From: a virus | Lineage: Duplodnaviria > Caudoviricetes | Length of the DNA stretch: 64,000 nucleotides | Reading direction: 5' to 3' (one strand) | Virus record (IMG/VR): IMGVR_UViG_3300031993_000068 | Location: 3,568 to 67,567 of that record | Shown here: positions 41,716 to 54,000 of the stretch, in pieces | How positions within the stretch are numbered: the first letter of the stretch is position 1 | Layout: each line of letters opens with the position of its first letter | Made by a program: the position numbers and the translations under genes | Notes under the pieces: model-generated | Database searches by the model: none | Seen by the model: the letters and a program-made list of their open reading frames with translations, nothing else | Told to the model about the DNA's origin: nothing

Positions 41716-44700
41716 TTATTCGGTGTAACCATACTTGTTGTCAAGATAAGTGATTCGCCCGGCGAGCCAGAGGCTGACACGCTCGACGGAATCATACATT
41801 CCCTGCGCCGTGCCCGTGCCATCTTGATAAGCAGATTCGCCGGTCGGACGATATGACGGAAGTGTGGGCCACTTGTCGATGTTCCGCTTCAGCGCCGCAC
41901 GCCCGATTCTCTCCAGCCAGTCGCGGAGGTAGCCCACGATGTTCTCCACGGTGAACACCTTCGCCTCGCGGAGTTCGCCGTAAAGCGCCGCGATCTCGTC
42001 CGCGTAGAGGGAAACGAACAGATGGGAAATGGAATTGGAATCGCTGTAATTCTGGACATCGCCCCAGTTCGGATTGTGGAAGACATGCGTCCCGTTCCAG
42101 TAACGCCCGAAAAGGGAATCCATGTCGTAGAAGTTCGGCGCGGCCTTCCCGCTGTACATCGTCCAAATCCAGTTCTTGTAGAACCCGTCGTAGTTGTCGA
42201 TGACCTGCGACACTACATAATAGACGAGGAACATCGGGACGTCGAAAGTCTCGGCGAAGGCGGTCTTTTGCGCTTCCGTCGTCGCCAGCGCCAGGATGCT
42301 GTCCCGTGCTCCGGCGAGCGTGAGGATGCTGGCCTTCACGGCGGCGCTCCTCACATGGTTCGCATTGGACGGATCATAATACGACGAAGTGGCATCGATC
42401 AGTTCCAGGGGGTTCTCTCCGTCGTAGTCGTTCCCGTTCATCGTGACAAGCCCCTTCGGGTTGCGGATTTCAAACTTCGTCCAGTTGACGGAGCCGTCCC
42501 AGAACTCATTGTGCCCCATTTCGCCATCCATGAGGATATGGGCCGCGTTGTTCTTGTTCATCGAATAGTTGTCGCGGTTCTTCTTCAGGTTCCACGCATA
42601 AAGCCCGTAATACTCACCGTTCAGGTACACCTCGACGGGGAAACCGTCCGGATGGCAAAGCGCATCCGTCCCGAAGTCCGTGAAGAAGTTCCCGGCCCCG
42701 GTATGGTCGGTCGTCGAGCCGGAACGGAGAACGCGATTAGAACGACAGCCCTGGAGTTTGATAACGCTCTCGGCGAAGTTATACATCGCATTGTTGATGC
42801 CCCGGAAAACATCAATATAGTACGCCTTCAAATGGAACGAATCCTGGGACACCCAGTCCCCGAACTTGATCTCGCAGTCGGCGAAATCCAGCGTCTGGTT
42901 CTTCTCGATGTAGCTCATCGAGCTCTGCCCCTGGGCCGTGAGTGATACGCGCCGCTTGAAATATACGTTATGTTCGACATCCGTGTATTCGATGGTCGCA
43001 TCGACGGGGGCCTGCTTGCTCTCGGAAAAGCCGTCTGAGATGACGTTGAGTTTTGCCATCTTGGGAATCGGAATCTCGAAGTAATCCAGCCCCTCATAAG
43101 CATCCTTCGTCACGCTCGCCATCTCGTCGAGGATGTCCGTAAGGGGGACGATTATCCTTTTGCCCTGGGCGTTGGTAACCATCACGGACACCACGGAAGT
43201 GCCGCACATGGCCACCCAGCAATCAGTCTCCGCCGTGTAGCTTACATGGGTGAGCGAACCCACATTGGCATTATCGACCCGGATGGCTTGATAACGGCTA
43301 TCCTCGACAAGGACCTTCGCCAGGGTGGCAACCCCCTGACCGCCGGTAAAGTCAAATTCCAGCGTATCGCCGGCTTTGAGGAATACCGGACTTGTGTACA
43401 GGAAGGATACACTGGTGCCCACGTCTCCATCCGCACGGAGGATTTTACCCTCGACCAGAGTGACTGAAGGGAAAGAGACCTCCTCTTCCGCTTCAACACC
43501 AACGTCGTCCGGGTCAATATAGCTGCTTCTGTCCGAAGACACCAGGTCCGCCGCCAATGACGCAGTAGGGCCGGATATTGCCACATAGCAGTCTTGCACC
43601 GCCGTATATGAGACGACACGGTCGCCTCCTTCGGACGAGCCGTCAACCCATAAGTATTCTGTGCCGGCGGCATCGGTGAGTGAAATGCCCGCTACACCCA
43701 AACCATTCGTCCGCACGTTGATGGTCTTCCCGCGCTTCAGGTGAATCGGGGCCGAATAAGAGTAATTGCTGGTCGTCTCGAATTCCCCTTGCTGGTTGAT
43801 GAATTTGCCATTCACGAGCGTTGGAGTTATCGCGCCCCTCGACGGGGTTTCCATCACAAGGTCTTTCGTCACATTCTCAGCCGGGTCAACATTCGGAGAC
43901 AAATCGCCAACCGGGGTGTATGTCATCTGCGGAGACGGGATTCCGATGTTCGTTCTCGCTTGTGCTTTTTGTTCGCTTGTGAGGCTCTGCTGGGTGTAGA
44001 GAACCGCATTTGCAGAACCACCACCTCCAGTCTGCGGAACCCAACCAAGTGTTCCCTGCGGATCGGTAACACCCAATACCTTGTTCTCGTCAGCAGAGGT
44101 GGGCGTAGGCACGGAAGGCGGAGTGTTACTAACAAGCGAATAATCCAACTTGTGATTGTTGTCAATCGTCGGCTGCTTGCCCGCAAGCAAATTCGTCAGT
44201 TCGGAGTTAGTCGGAAGGTCGCTCAACTTGCTCACCAATCCAGAAGTGATGCCCGAATTGAGAGCCGCCCATTGGGAAGCCGTAAAGCCGGAGTTGTTCA
44301 GCGCGTACTCAAACGCCCACGCGCTCCCGTTGTACTTGTACCGCTCGACCCGTGCGATTTCCGTGGGCGTCGCGTCGGCGGTCGGTATCTGCACGAAGGC
44401 ATAGTCGTTGTTGTCTGCCGTGGAGATGGCCGTGCCGAGGGCCGTCGCTATCTGCGACTGCGTTGCGGAAACGGTCAGCAAGAGGTCGGAGACGAGGTTA
44501 AACGACCCCTTGAAGGTTGCCGTTGCCGTGCTGATGCTCGAATTGACAAACGCCTTGTCCGCGAGTTGGTTGGATGCGGATGCCGCAGAAGGGACTACGG
44601 CCTGGCTTGCCGCTTCGATATTGTCACGCGCTTGTTCCTTTTGAGCATCAGTGAGGCTCTGCGATTCGTTGAAATGTACGGCATTGGGGTCAGTAGTAGA

Positions 44701-44772
44701 GCCACCACCACCGCCACCGCCGACATCGCGGAACGAGGTGTGATACACACCGTTGATTAGAGTTGTTGCCAT
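41716..44772 (-). CDS. Tail fibre-like protein with C-terminal CotH-kinase-like domain
   Basis: Two QSLT..QK.QAR.NI motifs; DGFPVEVYLNGEYYGLY, NYDGFYKNW, YDMDSLFG. Confidence 0.75.
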   Translation of the reverse strand: MATTLINGVYHTSFRDVGGGGGGGSTTDPNAVHFNESQSLTDAQKEQARDNIEAASQAVVPSAASASNQLADKAFVNSSISTATATFKGSFNLVSDLLLTVSATQSQIATALGTAISTADNNDYAFVQIPTADATPTEIARVERYKYNGSAWAFEYALNNSGFTASQWAALNSGITSGLVSKLSDLPTNSELTNLLAGKQPTIDNNHKLDYSLVSNTPPSVPTPTSADENKVLGVTDPQGTLGWVPQTGGGGSANAVLYTQQSLTSEQKAQARTNIGIPSPQMTYTPVGDLSPNVDPAENVTKDLVMETPSRGAITPTLVNGKFINQQGEFETTSNYSYSAPIHLKRGKTINVRTNGLGVAGISLTDAAGTEYLWVDGSSEGGDRVVSYTAVQDCYVAISGPTASLAADLVSSDRSSYIDPDDVGVEAEEEVSFPSVTLVEGKILRADGDVGTSVSFLYTSPVFLKAGDTLEFDFTGGQGVATLAKVLVEDSRYQAIRVDNANVGSLTHVSYTAETDCWVAMCGTSVVSVMVTNAQGKRIIVPLTDILDEMASVTKDAYEGLDYFEIPIPKMAKLNVISDGFSESKQAPVDATIEYTDVEHNVYFKRRVSLTAQGQSSMSYIEKNQTLDFADCEIKFGDWVSQDSFHLKAYYIDVFRGINNAMYNFAESVIKLQGCRSNRVLRSGSTTDHTGAGNFFTDFGTDALCHPDGFPVEVYLNGEYYGLYAWNLKKNRDNYSMNKNNAAHILMDGEMGHNEFWDGSVNWTKFEIRNPKGLVTMNGNDYDGENPLELIDATSSYYDPSNANHVRSAAVKASILTLAGARDSILALATTEAQKTAFAETFDVPMFLVYYVVSQVIDNYDGFYKNWIWTMYSGKAAPNFYDMDSLFGRYWNGTHVFHNPNWGDVQNYSDSNSISHLFVSLYADEIAALYGELREAKVFTVENIVGYLRDWLERIGRAALKRNIDKWPTLPSYRPTGESAYQDGTGTAQGMYDSVERVSLWLAGRITYLDNKYGYTE

Positions 44773-44787
44773 AGTGCCACCTCCTTG

Positions 44788-45036
44788 CTAAAAGACACAC
44801 GCAACCTCGCCGACGTTGCCGTCAAGCATCCACCACACGCCACTCGCACACTCGACGGTGCAAGGGTAGCCTGCCGCGATAGCGTCGGAGTACGCGCTCC
44901 AATCGGCATCCACGATGGGTTCGCCCGGCTTGTAATCGGGGTTGCACTTGAGGGTGTAGCCACTTGTGGACTTACCCAACATAAAGGCCCTCTTGTTCAC
45001 TATGAACGGGGTCTCATCTTTGATAATCATCTGCAT
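44788..45036 (-). CDS. Hypothetical protein
   Basis: 82 aa in the late operon. Confidence 0.55.
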   Translation of the reverse strand: MQMIIKDETPFIVNKRAFMLGKSTSGYTLKCNPDYKPGEPIVDADWSAYSDAIAAGYPCTVECASGVWWMLDGNVGEVACVF

Positions 45037-45064
45037 ACTTAAAAACTTTATAGGTTATGAAAAG

Positions 45065-45229
45065 TTATGTCAAACTCTTTAGGTATATCTTTATCTGCTC
45101 AAGACAGTACTCATCCACGATCTTCCCCTCACCAACGAAGTCGTCTATTGTCTTGCGGAAGAAAGCCTCGAATTTCCGTCCCTGCGGATACTCGTCCAGC
45201 AATATCTTCAATGCGGTCTCCTTCGTCAT
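45065..45229 (-). CDS. Hypothetical protein (54 aa)
   Basis: Hand-translated MTKETALKILLDEYP...; overlaps endolysin stop. Confidence 0.5.
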   Translation of the reverse strand: MTKETALKILLDEYPQGRKFEAFFRKTIDDFVGEGKIVDEYCLEQIKIYLKSLT

Positions 45230-45690
45230 ACGATGTCGATTGTTATGGTCTCTCCCCTATCAACCGCCTCTTTCATCTTCTTATACAAAGCCTTGAAGGT
45301 GTCCTTGGATGATGTGAGCCTGCCCACTTGCGTGTTCTTCCCCACAAGGACACAGCCCAACGTGTCAAGCGCGGTGTTCCCAGGGTGGATGAGAATCCCG
45401 TCGAAGCCAGGGACATTGACGAGTCTCGGCATCCGTCCACCGCACAAGTCCTTGTACCATTTCACGGCGGCATATTTCGGAGACACGACATTCATAGCCA
45501 CGGCATAAGTCCCCGTAGGTATGGCGGTCTCACCATAGACCTTCTCGGAGTATATCGTGGACAAGGAGTCATACCTCGTAAGTCCACGGTCTTTGTCCTC
45601 AAGAGTGTTGCAGAACAAAACACCGTCAACATACAGGCGGCCTATCGTATAGGTCTCCTTCTTCCACCGTCTGTCAATCTTTAGCCTCAT
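45226..45690 (-). CDS. Putative endolysin (DUF5675-like)
   Basis: YTIGRLYVDG..FCNTLED, TAIP.GTY, GILIHPGNT..DT.GC.LVG. Confidence 0.8.
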   Translation of the reverse strand: MRLKIDRRWKKETYTIGRLYVDGVLFCNTLEDKDRGLTRYDSLSTIYSEKVYGETAIPTGTYAVAMNVVSPKYAAVKWYKDLCGGRMPRLVNVPGFDGILIHPGNTALDTLGCVLVGKNTQVGRLTSSKDTFKALYKKMKEAVDRGETITIDIV

Positions 45691-46150
45691 CGCTCTGTTC
45701 TTTCTTTCGTTTCGCGCCAAGGTTCTTCATCAGCACATTCACCGATGTATAGTCAACGCCAAGACTCAAGTTGTCCTTGTGCGCCTCGTACCAATCAGCA
45801 CCCTGCCCAAGCATAGGGTCTCTGAGTGAACAACCGAGGTGTACGCACATCATATTCTTCGCCGTGGCGCACTCCTCGCACTTGTCCTCATACTTCTTCG
45901 TGGTGTCGGCCTGCTTCGTCTCCATCCTCGCCACCATAGCCTCATATTTCTCCTCAAGAGAGGTATATCGGGCTTCCATCCGCTGAATCTCGCCACGCAA
46001 CTGCTCGTTGGTCTCTCTCAACGGCTTGATGGCCAGTGATTCGTTCTTGATGCTCTCTCGGTTGCGTATCTGCCGCAACGTTACGATGGTTACGAGTCCA
46101 CCTCCGAATAGGAAGGCGAGGAACTCAATTATCAAACTTGTCCAGTCCAT
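45674..46150 (-). CDS. Holin-like protein (TM + coiled coil)
   Basis: FLAFLFGGGLVTIV then coiled coil; upstream of lysin. Confidence 0.65.
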   Translation of the reverse strand: MDWTSLIIEFLAFLFGGGLVTIVTLRQIRNRESIKNESLAIKPLRETNEQLRGEIQRMEARYTSLEEKYEAMVARMETKQADTTKKYEDKCEECATAKNMMCVHLGCSLRDPMLGQGADWYEAHKDNLSLGVDYTSVNVLMKNLGAKRKKEQSDEAKD

Positions 46151-46241
46151 TTTGGCGTACTTTATCGGTTACAACCAAAGATAGCCAACGAAATTGTCAT
46201 TTCGTTGACTACCGTTGTACTTTATTGTAGATTTATTGTGC

Positions 46242-46430
46242 TTACTTGAGATTTTTCATCTCGTCGAAGCACTTCTGGACGGTAGGGAAAGCCATCCCGC
46301 CGAGTACAAGTACGGCTATGGCCACCACCACTTCCTTGATGGAAAGGCAGTAACCGAAGCCACCGATGAAGCCGATTGCCCAGAGGCAAATCAGCAGGAG
46401 GTTGAAGAAGTTCTTGATTTTGTAGTTCAT
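46242..46430 (-). CDS. Small two-TM protein
   Basis: 62 aa, hydrophobic. Confidence 0.55.
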   Translation of the reverse strand: MNYKIKNFFNLLLICLWAIGFIGGFGYCLSIKEVVVAIAVLVLGGMAFPTVQKCFDEMKNLK

Positions 46431-46434
46431 AATA

Positions 46435-48039
46435 CTATTGGATTTGTGTAGTTGTATGTGCGTAACTGATTGTATCGAAACCGCCTATGCCAGATGCCGA
46501 GAGCCAAGTTTCAACGCTCTGCCCAGACGAGAACACGGGGACTGTGCCTTGCGTGGATACAAGTTCTTCCAACTCATTCGTACCCATAGCGTACACGGTC
46601 ATATCACCGATATACACCGTAGTCTCGCTACCGTTGCCCACCTTGTAATGCAGGACTACGTCCGTCAAGGTATCGCTCGAAAGAGAACCTGACGAAACTT
46701 CAAAGTTGTAGTAAACGTGTCCCTTGGTATAGTCGCTTGAAGTCTGCGGATATGCGATGGCGGTGAAGGCCGCGACCCTCTGGGTGTACGCATCCTGCTG
46801 CTTGCTGATGGATACATATTCCTGCGATGTAGGCTCGGTGATCCTACAAAATACCCACCTGCGCGAAGAACCAGCCCTTGCAATCGTCACGGAGAAAGCA
46901 CCATAGCCGGACACCGTGTTCACGCTCGGAGTACAGTTCGTACTCGTTACATTGGAGGTAATTGGATCACTGCTTTCCGTACTCTCACGACTTGTATAGG
47001 TGTATGTGGTCTTTGCCTCCGACCTATATGTAACGCCAAAGACACCACCGTCGCCGGGAAATGTACTCCCGGAGTAATCCCACGCGAGTTCGAGGTGAGG
47101 TTCGACAACAGTAGATATAATCGCGTTCGCCTCTTGGTAGATGGTGACAGTTGCTGGAGTCGCGTTGCCGTTGGATGCGGTATAGGTGACGGAACGCGCC
47201 TGCTCCGTTGTCGTTCCACGATTGGCGATGGTAACGGTGTTCCCACTTCTTGTGAATCCCGTCGCGCTTCCCGATATGGTAGGCGTGTCCTCAACTCCGC
47301 GAGGCGTTCCATAGGTGGTAGTAGAGCCGGAGTCGGAGATATAAGGAGAGCCGTCGCGTGTCGCCCCGGAGGTGTAGTTGTAGTGGGGCGTTGTGACATC
47401 CGTCCAAGGAGTGACGGTAATGCTCCTCTCCGTATGGCTTGCACCGTATGTAAGGGTGGTAGTTCCACCGCTTGCAGGGGCAGGATTCGATGAAGAAGCG
47501 TATGATGTCGCACTAATGTAAACATTGTAGTCGTAAGCCTCGGTAGTGACCGTGGGCGTTCCGTTCACCCTCTCCGTGGTAGGCGTTCCCTCCGTCTCTA
47601 TGTTTCTCTCCTGTACGAATGACTGAGGGATGGTATAAGACGCACTCGTGGCGAATGTCACCGATACGGTGGTAGTCTTGGAACTCGATGTGGGTATCGT
47701 TCCGAGGTTGTTCCCACGCACAACATAGTATCCGAGTGATGACTCGTAGATGACATTGAAGTCGGAGGTGTTCGACACCGTGGGGACGAGGTACTCCGTT
47801 GTCTCGGATATGACCGTCTGTCCTCGTTGGAGGCGCACCGTACCCGTGAAATAGAGGTAGTTCCCGGAGTATTGGCTTCCCACCACTCCAGCGTCTATGA
47901 ATGAGCCGGACGAGAAATGTGCGGTTGCATTGACGATGTTATATGTGTAGTTGGAGGGCCACACAAGATCGCTCCCCAAGTAGAGGCGCGAGACTTGCGT
48001 AGTGCCAACGTATGCCGATAGTATGTCTTCCGTTGTCAT
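46435..48039 (-). CDS. Tail protein with Ig/BACON-like domains
   Basis: N-terminal YVGTTQVSRLYLGSDLVWP; Thr/Ser-rich beta modules ending V..Q. Confidence 0.65.
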   Translation of the reverse strand: MTTEDILSAYVGTTQVSRLYLGSDLVWPSNYTYNIVNATAHFSSGSFIDAGVVGSQYSGNYLYFTGTVRLQRGQTVISETTEYLVPTVSNTSDFNVIYESSLGYYVVRGNNLGTIPTSSSKTTTVSVTFATSASYTIPQSFVQERNIETEGTPTTERVNGTPTVTTEAYDYNVYISATSYASSSNPAPASGGTTTLTYGASHTERSITVTPWTDVTTPHYNYTSGATRDGSPYISDSGSTTTYGTPRGVEDTPTISGSATGFTRSGNTVTIANRGTTTEQARSVTYTASNGNATPATVTIYQEANAIISTVVEPHLELAWDYSGSTFPGDGGVFGVTYRSEAKTTYTYTSRESTESSDPITSNVTSTNCTPSVNTVSGYGAFSVTIARAGSSRRWVFCRITEPTSQEYVSISKQQDAYTQRVAAFTAIAYPQTSSDYTKGHVYYNFEVSSGSLSSDTLTDVVLHYKVGNGSETTVYIGDMTVYAMGTNELEELVSTQGTVPVFSSGQSVETWLSASGIGGFDTISYAHTTTQIQ

Positions 48040-48042
48040 ATC

Positions 48043-51000
48043 CTAACTGCTCACTATCACATACAATGTCTTGCTATCCTTCGTGGATAGGTTGTTGTAA
48101 TCACTTTGCGTAATCTTGCGAATCTTCAAAACATTCCCGTCGTAAGAGGTGATTACTGACTCGCCATTACGCATAATATCACCCGTAGTGGTTATGGCAG
48201 GGAACAATGAATAGTTGCTATACACGTCGAGTATTCCTACTCCCGTGGACGGAGATGTGTCACCGTGGATATAGTAGTGCCTCTGTCCAGATGTCAGTTC
48301 GATATTGAACTCTCCCAAGGAGTATTGGCACTCCCTATTCGTATATGTTCCAGCGGTTTTAACAAGACCGTCAGAGTTTATGGTGTAAGGCCCTATGAAA
48401 CCTTGGGAGGCATAGATATTGCCCTCATAATCCACGCGGAAGGGCGCGTTTTGGATGTCGGCAGTCGTAGGCGATGCCATATTCGTCCCCGCGAAGAAAT
48501 TGACTTGGTTGACAAGAGAGCCGTTGTACGACACCTTCGTGCCTCCCTGCACTCCTGCGACTATATTGCCGTCGGACGCGCCGTTGTCACCGTACATATA
48601 GACACCGTTGCCACTCATCACATCTATAAAGGCGTTCTCTGCCAACAAGACGCGCGTAGCGATGAAGTCATAATTCACGGCCCTTACCCAATTATCTCCA
48701 TCTATCTTATTGGTGGGGTCATTGGTGACAACGTCCGTGATGGGATTGACACTTGTTGCGCCTACACCGTCCTTGCAGTAGAAGTACCACAACTTCTCCG
48801 TGTCTTGGCTCAACTGCCCGTTGGTGTCAACAACGCAAACCACATCATAGTAGATGAATCCCGACACAACCTCGTCAAGTCCCTGGTATCCATTGGAGGA
48901 TATGCGACCATTGGGAAGCCCGCTTGAACTCCACACATTCACACCGCGCATCACCTTTCCCATCGGGCCTTGGACACCATCGTCGCCCGTCCAACGGACT
49001 GGTTCGCTCCAATCACCGAGGCCCGTGTTCCAACCACCCAAAACCGTTACGGTGGCATCACGCGAAGAAACATTCGCCATCGTGACGTATATCGGCCCGC
49101 TGTTGGAGGTATCGGCAGGGTCGCGTACCCATCCGTTCAAGGTCTGCCCACTGTTCGCAGTAAGTGTATCATTCTCAAAGTCATAGGTTGCGTTGCCTAT
49201 CGTGTAACTCGTAGGTAAACCCGAATCAATTCTTCGGTACATATAGATTGTCGCGTGAGATTCACCATCACGCCCATCATTACCATCCTCCGGGGTGATT
49301 TTCACAGGGTCGCTCCAATTACCGTCCGATACTCCGTTCGTCACCAAAGAACTCGACATCCATATAGGGATAAACGGCACAATTTTCACCGAGTCGATGT
49401 ATATTGTATCGCTACCAGAAGTGTTAGTGCCGTCCTTGTGGTAGCCCACGCAGAAGAAATGCGTACCCGTGGAAGGGATCTCAAACGTGACCGTTTTTTT
49501 CGCATCCGTGGGGTAAGACGCGAACGTACCCGACACTTTTGCAGTGTACTTGTTGGATGCAGGAGTGGCCACATTCCCCTCAAGGAGGGAATCATCGTCA
49601 AGCAAGGAGAGGTATCCAAAATCGTAGTTATGCTCACTTGAGGATTCAATCTCCACTTTCACCTTATCTCCCTTGTTGGCGGCGAATGTCACCTTGCCCC
49701 ATTTCGTACCGTTGTTAGCAACAGAGGCGATGTGTGGCGTGGAAGATGTATTGAAATTGGAATCATAGGTCACGGATAATGTGGACTCCGATGCTTCAGG
49801 AGGGGAATCATACCAACCTTGCGATGACACGTCGGGATTCGTCCCCGTAGGTTTGTTCGGCTTGGTAGAGGATGCCTTGAAAACGAAGGCCCTATAAATG
49901 GTGTCTCCATCATCACCGTCATCACCATCTTCTCCATCAGTACCATCTATGAGCATAGGGATGGTCTCCTTGTCAACCAACACCGAACCGATATAGAAGA
50001 AGAATGTAAGCGTACTCGTGAAGTCAGCGGTTGATATAGCGGAACTGTAATTAGTCTCCGAACCACCGTCAATCGAATACTTCAACGTGCCGTCCGTGGT
50101 AGTGCTTCCGCTACCACTGCCCGTTCTTTTCATCTTCGCACAAGTGACGGACTGAACGCTATATGCCCCGTTTTTGTTCTTCTTCACAGACGAAACGGAT
50201 GGGAGAAGATAGTACACCACGCCATCCTCACCATTCGCGCCTGCCTTCACACCGACAATCGTGAACTTCAAATACCTCGTATATGATACGCTATTGTAAC
50301 TTCCGACCACGGTCAACGTAATGTCGTGATTTGAAAGTGCGGTATTGTTTGCGATGGTGAAAGTCACAACGCCCGTGGACAAATTGCGGCTTGTCGTTAC
50401 GCCAGAAGGTGCGCCTCCGAATGTGATGTTGGTCAATGTCATCGCATTTGTCCCGTACCACATAGACACCGTGGCGGTCAAGGACACTTGCGCTGTCGTC
50501 CGTCCTTCGGAACTCACCACGACACCATCCATCTCGTTGTCGATGTCGGCTGTCACCGCACTGTCGCCGGGGTCGCCCTTTTCGCCCTTTATCTTGCTGA
50601 TTTCCCAAGTTCCCCATACACCGTTACTGCACTTGCGAATCGCCATCCATATATCGTCCGACGTGGCAGTATTGTGCCAATTAGATGGATTACTCGTAGG
50701 ATTGCCCGGATTGGTCGCCACGGCAGAGAACTCAAAATCTATGTCGGCAGTGTCCGTCACCGGCTGCGGAGTTGTCCAAGCACTCTGTTGTGGCGACTGC
50801 CCGTCACTCGTGAAAATGCGCGTGGTCATCCATAGACGCGCATCTCCGCTTGGAACACCATCCGACCAATCGTTGAGAGGGTTGGGTAAGGGCGAGGCAT
50901 AAGACCCACCACTCGGTGCGCTTAACGTACTGTTACTCCTCTTGAACACTGTGGACTTATAGGATGACTGACCGTTAGAACCACGCTCACCCTTTATCTT

Positions 51001-54000
51001 TGTAACTTCCCAATTACCCCACACACCATTCTCCGCTTTACGCACAGCCATCCAAATGTCAGCCGATGTGGCGGTGTTATGCCAGTTGTTAGGGTTGCTC
51101 GTTGGATTTCCGGGGTTCGTCTCTACCGCAGAAAACTCGAAGTCGATGTCCGAGGTGTCCGTGACGGGCTGAGGCGTAGTCCACGATGGCTGCTGCGGCG
51201 ACTGTGCATCGCTCGTAAAAATGCGTGTTGACATCCACAGTTGCGCGTCTCCACTCGGAACCCCGTCGCTCCAATCGTCCAACGGATTCGGCAACGGCGA
51301 TAAGTATGAGCCGCCACTCGGCGCGGTCACTGTGCTGTTGCTTCTCTTGAAGATGATGGACTTGAATGATGACTGCCCAGGATTGCCGGGGCTTCCATCT
51401 TCGCCATTTTCGACCAACTTAGTAACACCAGACCACTCTCCCGATTCAATAACATCTGTTTCTCCCGTCGATATAGCGGTGGCTTGTATAACCCAGCAGG
51501 GGTCAGTACCAGAAGGAATACTCTGCGACCAATCCCCAAGGTAGTACCCACTCAACACGCCCGTAGCGAAGGTGTAGGTGAGATTCCCGTTCGGCTTGTT
51601 CGGCGCTGATGCCGCCCTCTGGTAGAGGAACACCGTTGCGGAGTTCAGTCCGTCTTGCCCATCTGCGCCGTCTTGACCGTCTGCGCCGGGGCTTCCGTCT
51701 TGCCCGTCTTGCCCATCAGCACCGTCCTCAACAAGCATCACGGGCGATGCCCACTCGTTGTATCCTATGTCATCGGTATCAGCACGGCTTGATGCCGTGG
51801 CCGCAGTCACATACAACGGGTTGGAGTTGTGGGCAGGGATAGTGGGAGACCAACCATAATTATTCACGAAATTCGCGGGCAAAATCAACGCATTGTTGAC
51901 AAAGGAGTATGTCAAGGTATCCGTGAAGTTGATAGTAGGCGCAGTCGCAGACCTCTTGTAGAGATACACAATGGCATTGGAGAGGCCGGCAGAGCCACCC
52001 CCCTCGCCCTTGAAGGCGATAGCCCAAGAGTAAGTCAAGTTCCGCGTCACGCCCCCTGCGGTGACATTGATAATCAATGCCCCGCTCGGCTCGACAAGCG
52101 AGTCCGTAACGGAGATGTCAATGATGGGTGCAGTAGTGCCGTTCGTGCCACTCCGCACCAATGCGGTCATACCCGTCACCGCACCACTTATGGAGTTCAC
52201 GGTAGCCGCCACAAGCGTGTCACCAGCGTATGCCACAATCGTCGTGGAGTCGCTCTGGGCATCAACTGCCGACGACACCTCGCCAGCGAAAAGATGCACG
52301 GGGTTGCTCAATGCGATGGTAGTACTGCCCGTCAACTTCGTTATCTGCATCCTGTCCTCCCACGATGACGATCCGTCCGTCACCACCACGCGGAAATCCT
52401 CCACGACCTCACCGCCTTGGTAGTATATCTGGCTATTGCTCTGCACCGAGTAAGCCTGCGCCGTAGCACCACTTATCGCCATCCATCCACTTTGTCCGAG
52501 GTAATACCACTGATAGGTGGGGTTGTTGATGCCTTGCGTCACCGCAGTCAGCACGATGGTCTGCGGCGTACTGTCGCCCGTGTAGGGGAAGAAACTCTTT
52601 TCCGCTTGTATCTGCACACCCACAACCGTAGGGATAAGCACGGGAGATTCATCGGATGGGGCGGGCCTGCGCTTCTCGTCCACATCCCAATCGCGCAGAC
52701 GCTTCTTCGCATCGGCCAACTCACCCGTGAGCGCGACCATCATACTCTCCGCTTTCTCATCCCTCAAGGTGACGCTCCAAATCGGTATCGCATCCTCGTT
52801 CTCCGCTATCGTAACGGAGTCGATAAGCACCCATTCGGTGTTACCCGTGGCCGAAATCAAGTCCGTGTCGTAGACGGGCATATAAAGGCCCTCAATGAGC
52901 GAAATTTCGGACATCAACACCTCCTTGGAGTCAACCTCCGGGGTATAGACCATACGGGGCTTACAGAGCCTCGAAAGGGAATCGGACGCGGCATTGTGCA
53001 GTCTCGTCATAGCCGCCGTGACATATTTGTCGGGCAGTTGGATGTCAAGCAACACATATCTGTCCCCACTCGCTATCTCATACACATTGTTGGGGAAGTA
53101 GAGCATCAGCGAGGTGTCGTCCTGCCGTTGGCACGTCAAGTCCCATGTATGCGTGGTGGTGTTGTACTCGGCTTTCTTGACCACGAAATCGCGCCCTGCA
53201 CACATACCCGTTTTCATACTCAAGGTTGCGAGTCCGTCCGTGGACGTACCCACCGTATTGAGGTCGAAGCCCAACTGAGGGACTTTCAAGGTGAAGGTCG
53301 AAGGTATCGAATACTCCACGTTGATGGTCGCGGTGGTCGGTGTGAGGTGATATGCCAAGGACATATTCGGTGCGCTCTTAGGTATCTTCGCCTCAAAACG
53401 GATGTACGCCTTTACTACACCGCTATGCTCGGTGGTGAAGGACACGTTGGGGACGGAGAAAATATATTCGTTCTCCATCCGCGTGAAACCAAACCTCACA
53501 TCCAGTTCCTTCGATGTCTCAAGGTATGAGCCGACATATACCTCAAGAAAGCCCTTCGGGACTTCCGTGAAATCACCGTTCGTGGCCACGATGGAACCAC
53601 CAAGTTCACCCATATTGATGGTGTACTTGCCACTCTGCATCGACGTAGCCCCCGTGGTAAAGAGTTCGGCATCGTTGCCAACCGTGAGAGCCTCCTGCCC
53701 CGATACAGTAGTGTATGTCTTGTTGGGGTCGGTGATGCTCTTCGTCACCGTCTGCTTGAGTTTCTCGCTACGCTCCGTGTACTGCCCGTCATCGCCCGGA
53801 TTCACCGCGCTATACACTTCGTCAATCCTATCCGACGAACTCCATCCCGTAGAGGGAAAACTCGCATCAGCGACATCGCCTACCGTCATACCCTCAATGG
53901 AGGGGTAGATGTCCTCAAGACCGTTGCCACCGTCGAAACGCAAGACCTTCGGGATAAGGCCGTACTTGGAAATCGCGGTCGCATCCTCAAGGTACGCAAG

